Assembly (NCBI GenBank): GCA_049967475.1
Contig: JBMFSQ010000001.1
Coordinates: 22,600-86,599, forward strand
Length of the DNA stretch: 64,000 nucleotides
Direction of reading: 5' to 3'
DNA from: Chthonomonadales bacterium
GTDB taxonomy: Bacteria; Armatimonadota; Chthonomonadetes; Chthonomonadales; CAJBBX01
The translations under genes and the position numbers were made by a program. Each line of letters opens with the position of its first letter. Within the stretch, counting starts at the first letter, position 1. Under the pieces are notes generated by a model. The model made no database searches. It was given only the letters and a program-made list of their open reading frames with translations, and was not told the DNA's origin. Shown here piece by piece: positions 58,467 through 64,000 of the stretch.

Positions 58467-59104
58467 GGCACGCGATGAACGGATACGGATTGCTGGCTGT
58501 CGTTTTGGGCTATCTGCTGGGTTCACTGCCCTTCGGCCTTTACATTGCCAAGTGGTGGAAGGGCATAGACGTTCGGGAGCACGGCAGCGGGAATATCGGC
58601 GCCACCAACGTATACCGAGTAGTAGGCGCCCCCGCCGGAGTGCTCGTGTTCATCTTGGATGTAGGGAAGGGGCTCGCGCCGCCGGCCGCTGCGTCGGCGC
58701 TCGGGTTGAGCGCTGTTTGGCAGGTGGCTGCCGGTATGGCAGCGATTTTGGGGCACAACTTTTCGCCATTCCTCGGCTTCAAAGGTGGCAAAGGGGTGTC
58801 CACGAGCCTCGGCGTATTGTTGGGCGTTGCATGGCCTGTGGGAATCACGGCGTGGATTTTGTGGGCCGTGGTGGTGGCTACCACGCGATACGTGTCTTTG
58901 GGATCCATTCTGGCGGCGGCCTCCCTGGCGCCCCTCAGCGCCTGGTATTTCCCGCTCCACACTCCAGACAACCTGGCCAGGTTTGCCTTTTGTTTTGCCG
59001 CAGGTCTGTTCTCTATTGTCAAGCATCGCAGCAATATCGTGCGCCTTCTCCACGGAACCGAGAACCGCATCGGACGGACAGGCTCATCGCGCGGGCCCGA
59101 TTGA
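58463..59104 (+). CDS. plsY: Glycerol-3-phosphate acyltransferase
   Basis: YLLGS.P, GSGN.GATN..R, D..KG, GH..SPF..FKGGKGV, H..NI.RL..G.E. Confidence 0.95.
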   Translation: MRHAMNGYGLLAVVLGYLLGSLPFGLYIAKWWKGIDVREHGSGNIGATNVYRVVGAPAGVLVFILDVGKGLAPPAAASALGLSAVWQVAAGMAAILGHNFSPFLGFKGGKGVSTSLGVLLGVAWPVGITAWILWAVVVATTRYVSLGSILAAASLAPLSAWYFPLHTPDNLARFAFCFAAGLFSIVKHRSNIVRLLHGTENRIGRTGSSRGPD

Positions 59105-59208
59105 AGAGGCATTCGAGCATACGGGCAACCGAAGGATTTCCTGGGGAGCATCGCGAAAGAAATTCTCGTAATTAGGCATACTTGGAAGCTTTCTGCGGAG
59201 GTGCCGAG

Positions 59209-60582
59209 ATGTTACAGGGTGTGGAGCGTTTGGTGGACCTATCGGGTCCCCGATTGGTATGTATGGACGACGTATCTGCTTCAGAACTTGTACAGGCTGT
59301 GCGTGACGCCGACACCGATGTTCTGGCCAAAACCGACGGCCACTTTGCCGCTGTAGCACGGGACGGGCAGACCGTGCGGCTGGCGCGCACGATTGGGTTG
59401 CCGCTGCGCTATTTCGTAGCGAAGATGTTCCATGGCCCATTCCTGATCGTGGGCGAGCGTATAGACCAGCTCTTCGAATGGTGCTGCGCTCGAAAGATCG
59501 GATGGCAGTTCGATCCTCTCTATACCCGTATGGTGCCTGCCCATTACCTTGTGGAGCTGGACCAAATCGGATGCCCGGATCCTGCACCCCGCTACCGCCG
59601 CTTCTTCAACCCGAGCCTATCTACGGGATCAGCCGATGTTGCTGAGGCGGGGGCGGCGTACATCTCGGCAGCCTACCGCGCCCTGAAGCGTTGGATGGCC
59701 TCCATACCCTCGGAGGCGCCCGTAGCTGTGGCGTTTTCCGGAGGGATTGACAGCACGGCCGTTTTGATTCTAGCGCTCAAGGCAGCCCGGGAACTCGGCA
59801 CGGAAGCAGCACGCATCCGCGCCTTTACGTTGGATCTGGGCGGCGGCGCCGATGCATCCCAGGCACAGCAAGTGGTTCAATTGCTGGGGTTGGAGGATCA
59901 ATGGGAGGTTGTGCGTGTTCCCGCGGAACAGTACCGGCCGGAAGAGGCCATCCGCGTGATAGAGGATTACCATCCGTTGGATGTGGAATGCGCAGCCGCT
60001 TCTCTGTGCCTCCTGGGCGGCATTCGTGAACGATACCCCAGCCTGCGCTACCTGTTGGACGGCGAAGGGGGTGATGAGAACCTCAAGTCCTATCCACTGG
60101 AGGATTCCGATCTCACAATCTCCAGCGTCCTGCGCAACCCGCTTCTCTACCAGGAGGGCTGGGGCGTAGACGCCATCAAGCATAGCCTTACGTACAGCGG
60201 CGGCCTGTCGAGATCCTATGTGCGTACCTATGCTCCGGCTCGCCGCTTCGGGTTCGAGGCCTTTTCACCGTTCACCGTGCGATCCGTAATCGAGGCGGCC
60301 TTGGCGATGCCCTTCGACGCCATGATCCAGGGGTCTGTGGAGAGGCTCTATTCTCTGAAAGGGGAAGTGGTGCGGGCAGGGGTTGAAGCCGTTGCAGGCG
60401 TCCGGATGCCCACCAACCGCAAGCGCCGCTTTCAGGATGGCGCCGGTGGCGACACGTACCGGGGATGGCGTGTCAGCAAGGCGTGGTGCCGGTCCGTGTT
60501 CCTGCGTCAATGGGATGAGCGCCTGCGAGAGGTTTGGGGACCCGATGCCGAGCGCATCTCCGGCAATTCCGTACCGGTTTAG
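59209..60582 (+). CDS. Asparagine synthetase-like ATP-dependent ligase without the N-terminal catalytic Cys
   Basis: PP-loop FSGGIDS, G.GGDE; N-terminal region resembles a degenerate Ntn fold; GGAGG RBS. Confidence 0.78.
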   Translation: MLQGVERLVDLSGPRLVCMDDVSASELVQAVRDADTDVLAKTDGHFAAVARDGQTVRLARTIGLPLRYFVAKMFHGPFLIVGERIDQLFEWCCARKIGWQFDPLYTRMVPAHYLVELDQIGCPDPAPRYRRFFNPSLSTGSADVAEAGAAYISAAYRALKRWMASIPSEAPVAVAFSGGIDSTAVLILALKAARELGTEAARIRAFTLDLGGGADASQAQQVVQLLGLEDQWEVVRVPAEQYRPEEAIRVIEDYHPLDVECAAASLCLLGGIRERYPSLRYLLDGEGGDENLKSYPLEDSDLTISSVLRNPLLYQEGWGVDAIKHSLTYSGGLSRSYVRTYAPARRFGFEAFSPFTVRSVIEAALAMPFDAMIQGSVERLYSLKGEVVRAGVEAVAGVRMPTNRKRRFQDGAGGDTYRGWRVSKAWCRSVFLRQWDERLREVWGPDAERISGNSVPV

Positions 60583-60640
60583 GTGTCGGCAGCCGGCCTC
60601 GTGAGGGTGGCCGGCGCCGGGTGTACGACTGGGGGCGCGG

Positions 60641-61567
60641 TTGGGATTGCATGCATCATCCAGAGTGCGCGGCCCAAAGAACCGCTTGGATCCGAGTAAG
60701 CCGTACGGCTTCTTCCAGGAGCAGGAACTGGGGCCGGACGGGTTCCTCGAAACCGTAAACGTAATCCTCCTGACGAACCGCGAGTGTCCCTTCCGTTGCA
60801 TCTTCTGCGATCTGTGGAGGAACACTGCGGATCAGCGCGTGGCGCCGGGAGCCATTCCCGGCCAGATACGCTATGCCCTGGAGAGGCTGCCGCCGGCCAC
60901 GGCGATCAAGCTCTACAATTCCGGCAGCTTCTTCGATCCGAACGCCGTGCCTCCCGAGGATGATGCAGCCATCTGCGGAATGCTCAACGGTATGCGCCGA
61001 GTAATTGTGGAGAGCCATCCTTCCTTTGTCGGGCCGCGGTGCTTTCGGTTCGCCGAGCGTCTGGAAGGCCATCTCGAGGTCGCAATGGGATTGGAGACTG
61101 CGAACGCCCGGGTTTTGGCGCGTCTCAGGAAGGGGATGACGCTGGAAAGCTTCGCCGGAGCCGCGGCTACCCTGATCTCCCACGGCATCAGCTTGCGGAC
61201 CTTCGTTCTGGTGGGACCGCCCTATCAGTCCAAGGCCGAGGGCGTAGAATGGTCTGTGCGTTCCTTGGAGTTTGCCTTCGACTGCGGTGCCGAAGTTGCT
61301 ACCCTAATCCCTGCCCGCGGAAGCACTCCGGAATTGGAGGCCCTGCGGCAAACCGGGGACTTTGCGGAGCCTTCCCTAGCGGAGCTGGAAGCGGCGGCGG
61401 AACAGGGGGTGCGGCTGGGGCGCGGCCGCGTCTTCGCGGACCTTTGGGATGTAGATCGCTTGGACGAGTGCGCGTGCAGCCCGGCCCGGGTCGAACGATT
61501 GTCCGTGATGAACAGGACGCAGCAGGTGCCTCCTCCGGTGGCGTGCGCGCAGTGCGGGGGTGTATGA
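60641..61567 (+). CDS. Radical SAM protein, RaSEA/TIGR01210-like
   Basis: CPFRCIFC cluster motif; KLYNSGSFFD, VESHP and EVAMGLET segments; start uncertain. Confidence 0.78.
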   Translation: MGLHASSRVRGPKNRLDPSKPYGFFQEQELGPDGFLETVNVILLTNRECPFRCIFCDLWRNTADQRVAPGAIPGQIRYALERLPPATAIKLYNSGSFFDPNAVPPEDDAAICGMLNGMRRVIVESHPSFVGPRCFRFAERLEGHLEVAMGLETANARVLARLRKGMTLESFAGAAATLISHGISLRTFVLVGPPYQSKAEGVEWSVRSLEFAFDCGAEVATLIPARGSTPELEALRQTGDFAEPSLAELEAAAEQGVRLGRGRVFADLWDVDRLDECACSPARVERLSVMNRTQQVPPPVACAQCGGV

Positions 61568-61708
61568 TGGGCGGTTCCTCATGGTGGAGGGATCGGCGGT
61601 GCTCGCCCGTACCTCCGTTCGAAGCGGGTGGAAGGAAGCGTATTTGAGGCACCGAGCAGCGGTGTGGCGGCTGGGGAGCTCGAATTATACCTGTTGAAAG
61701 AGTGACCG

Positions 61709-63682
61709 ATGGCAACCAAACGACTCACACAAACGCAGGAAGAGCTGAAGGCGATTCAGGAGGCCTCCCAGCGGCAGGCGCTTCCTGAGCAGAAGCGGGT
61801 CTTCAGCGTCTCGGAGAAGATTCGCAGGCGGGTGCATAACCTGCCGGACCCCACGCGCCCGCCGCTTGGCTACGATGAGCACAAGGCCTTTGACCGGGTC
61901 TTTCCCTATGTGCGCCTGCCTCGGCTCCATCCACCCAATCACGGCGACACGGTCATCTTCAACGCGCCGGAGCTTCCGGCCAATCAACTGATCCTTGGGG
62001 ACAACCTGGAAGTCCTGCGCACCCTGCCGCCTGAATGTATTGACCTCATCTACATTGACCCTCCGTTTTTCTCAGGCCGCACCTACAACGTGATCTGGGG
62101 AGACACCAACGAGGTGCGCACCTTCTACGACATCTGGGAGGGCGGGATTGACTCCTACCTCATCTGGCTCAATGCCCGGCTCTGGGAGATGAAACGGGTG
62201 CTCAAGAAGACCGGCTCCATCTACGTCCACTGCGACTGGCACGCCAGCCACTACATCAAGTGCGAGATGGACAAGATTTTTGGGTATGAGAATTTTAGGA
62301 ATGAAATTGTGTGGGCATATAAGACGGGTGGAGTTGCTAAAGATCATTTTGCACGAAAGCATGATGTCATTTTGTTATATTCAAAAACCTCGAACTACTA
62401 CTTGGAAATCCCGCAGCAAAAGTCTTATCTTGATGACACAAAATGGAAAGAGTATCACAAAGGCGCTGCAGAGCTAGGTTTCCAACGGGATGAACAAGGT
62501 ATGTTTCGCATGGTTTCTGCGCGAGATATTTGGGATGACATTGATGTTCCACATCCTAGGTCTTTTGAGCGAATCGGCTACCCCACCCAAAAACCCGAAG
62601 CTCTTTTAGAGCGAATCATCAAAGCTTCTTCCAACGAAGGCGATATGGTTGCTGACTTCTTTTGCGGCGGGGGTACAACCTGCGCCGTGGCGATGAAGCT
62701 CAACCGGCGCTTCATCGGCTGCGACTCTTCCCGTGTGGCGATTGCCGTGACACTGGATCGGCTGGTGAAAATCGGCGAAGAGATGAGCGGGGTCAAAAGC
62801 AACATCTCCACCGGTGGTGCGCCGGTTGAGGAGAAGCTCCAGATGGGCGGTGCGGTGGCCAAGGTGCCGAACATCGAGGTCTCGTATCTGGGCGTCTATC
62901 CGCTGGATAAGTTCGAGCATCTTTCGCAGGATGATTTTGTGGACTTTGTCCTCACCTGCTACGGGGCCAGCCGCAACACGGGAGAAGGCATAGCCCACGG
63001 TTTCCGCCCGCCCGGGCAGAGCGAGCCGATTCTGGTGGGTCCGGCCAATCCCAAGGAGTCCATTGACGCCCGCAAGGTCAAGGAGTTCTTTGATGAGATC
63101 AAGTCGCGCCTTGAACCGAACAAACCGATTCGAGCCAAGATCCTGGGCTGGCGCTTCAGCCGCCAGGTGCAGGAGTATGTGAAGATCCTTCAGAAATATG
63201 TGGAAGACAACGGGTTGATTGTCGAAGACGACGGCTCGCCTTTGATTGAGATTGAGCTGATTCCTCTGCGTTCCAACCGCTTCCGGGAGCGGATTCTTCA
63301 GCGATACAGGGATGTGGAGGATGCCGACTTCTTCTTGCGCTTCCCTGAGCCGCCGGTAATCGGCGACATCCGCATCAAGAAAGTCGGCCTGCTGGAGTAT
63401 GAATTTGAGGCGGTAGATGCCTTCTCCACCAACGAGGACGGCGGGCTGGTCAACTGCCAGTGGGACTTTGACTACCAGGAAGGCCACTTTGGGGCGGACA
63501 AGGACTACATCCTGTCGCGGCAGAAGGTGAAATCCAAGACGCGCGGGGCAGGAGAGCGGTTTGAGGCCATCCTCACCTCCCGGCATAAGTTCGACAAGCC
63601 CGGCACGTACACGGTGGCCTGCAAGGTGCAGGATGACCTGGCGGGTGAGGCCATCTTGTCAAGGACGATTGAGGTAACGTGA
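61709..63682 (+). CDS. Beta-class N6A/N4C DNA methyltransferase (Mod-like) with C-terminal REase-like and PKD-like domains
   Basis: GDNL, YIDPPF, NEIVW.Y, YPTQKPE.LL.RII, DFFCGGGTT; C-terminal WDFDY...H.F..PG.YTV. Confidence 0.9.
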   Translation: MATKRLTQTQEELKAIQEASQRQALPEQKRVFSVSEKIRRRVHNLPDPTRPPLGYDEHKAFDRVFPYVRLPRLHPPNHGDTVIFNAPELPANQLILGDNLEVLRTLPPECIDLIYIDPPFFSGRTYNVIWGDTNEVRTFYDIWEGGIDSYLIWLNARLWEMKRVLKKTGSIYVHCDWHASHYIKCEMDKIFGYENFRNEIVWAYKTGGVAKDHFARKHDVILLYSKTSNYYLEIPQQKSYLDDTKWKEYHKGAAELGFQRDEQGMFRMVSARDIWDDIDVPHPRSFERIGYPTQKPEALLERIIKASSNEGDMVADFFCGGGTTCAVAMKLNRRFIGCDSSRVAIAVTLDRLVKIGEEMSGVKSNISTGGAPVEEKLQMGGAVAKVPNIEVSYLGVYPLDKFEHLSQDDFVDFVLTCYGASRNTGEGIAHGFRPPGQSEPILVGPANPKESIDARKVKEFFDEIKSRLEPNKPIRAKILGWRFSRQVQEYVKILQKYVEDNGLIVEDDGSPLIEIELIPLRSNRFRERILQRYRDVEDADFFLRFPEPPVIGDIRIKKVGLLEYEFEAVDAFSTNEDGGLVNCQWDFDYQEGHFGADKDYILSRQKVKSKTRGAGERFEAILTSRHKFDKPGTYTVACKVQDDLAGEAILSRTIEVT

Positions 63683-63691
63683 GAAGGCCGG

Positions 63692-63967
63692 ATGCCTGAT
63701 CCAATCCGCACATTCACTGTGACGCCGCATGCCGCAGACCAGATGAGGCGCCGTGAGATTGACGAGGCGACCCTAACGAGTGTGCTGTCTGCTCCCGAGC
63801 GGCGTCTGCCTGTGCGAGCGGGAAGGGATCTGCTCGAAAGAGTTGTGGAATTCGGGGGCAGGCCCTACCTCGTTCGGGTGATTGTAGATGTGGACCGCAC
63901 ACCCGCAGAAGTTGTTACGGTCTACCGCACAAGCAAAATTGAAAAATACAGGAGGGAAAGGCGATGA
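63692..63967 (+). CDS. DUF4258-family putative toxin
   Basis: T.HA..QM..R.I, L.RV.V, VVTVY.T.K..KY. Confidence 0.75.
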   Translation: MPDPIRTFTVTPHAADQMRRREIDEATLTSVLSAPERRLPVRAGRDLLERVVEFGGRPYLVRVIVDVDRTPAEVVTVYRTSKIEKYRRERR

Positions 63968-64000
63968 AGGTAACATACGATCCAAAGACAGATACGTTGA
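63964..64000 (+). CDS. DUF2283-family putative antitoxin, truncated by window end
   Basis: MKVTYDPKTDTL after a GGAGG RBS; ATGA overlap with the DUF4258 gene. Confidence 0.7.
   Translation, partial: MKVTYDPKTDTL

Noticed and set aside
60583..60680. Possible frameshift at the radical SAM N-terminus
   Set aside because: The start is weak (TTG, no clear RBS) and another frame reads plausibly, but this cannot be decided without homologue alignment or reads.
61600..61708. attC site upstream of the methyltransferase
   Set aside because: GTTGAAA does not fit GTTRRRY and no complementary R''/L boxes were found.

Overview
GC-rich, gene-dense bacterial chromosome segment. The DUF1559/H-X9-DG prepilin-like gene, the glycoside hydrolases and the multi-FHA kinase locus suggest Armatimonadota; this is inference, not a database result. 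Housekeeping genes: rplJ-rplL with promoter and L10 leader, xerC-hslV, rsgA, nnr, uxuA, a split comEC, ridA, pepC, glnE and plsY. Also present are carbohydrate-active enzymes, an ANTAR response regulator/HisKA_2 kinase pair, and c-di-GMP proteins (PilZ, CBS-GGDEF). The best candidate for an undescribed system is a ~9 kb phospho-threonine signalling locus (14062-23226): five FHA domains, a vWA protein, a PP2C phosphatase, a receptor Ser/Thr kinase with no glycine-rich loop, and a KptA/Tpt1 NAD+-dependent phosphotransferase with an altered HGT motif wedged between phosphatase and kinase. Just downstream and convergent is a presenilin/SPP-like intramembrane protease. Other notable items: an integrase-less integron cassette (attC sites around hicBA) bracketed by an exact 216-bp duplication of the glnE 5' end, next to a large SF1 helicase-nuclease; an AsnB-like ligase plus RaSEA-like radical SAM pair; and a DNA methyltransferase with an AT-rich, apparently swapped target-recognition segment followed by a DUF4258/DUF2283 TA pair. 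No rRNA, tRNA or CRISPR array was seen. All family assignments come from motif recognition by eye.
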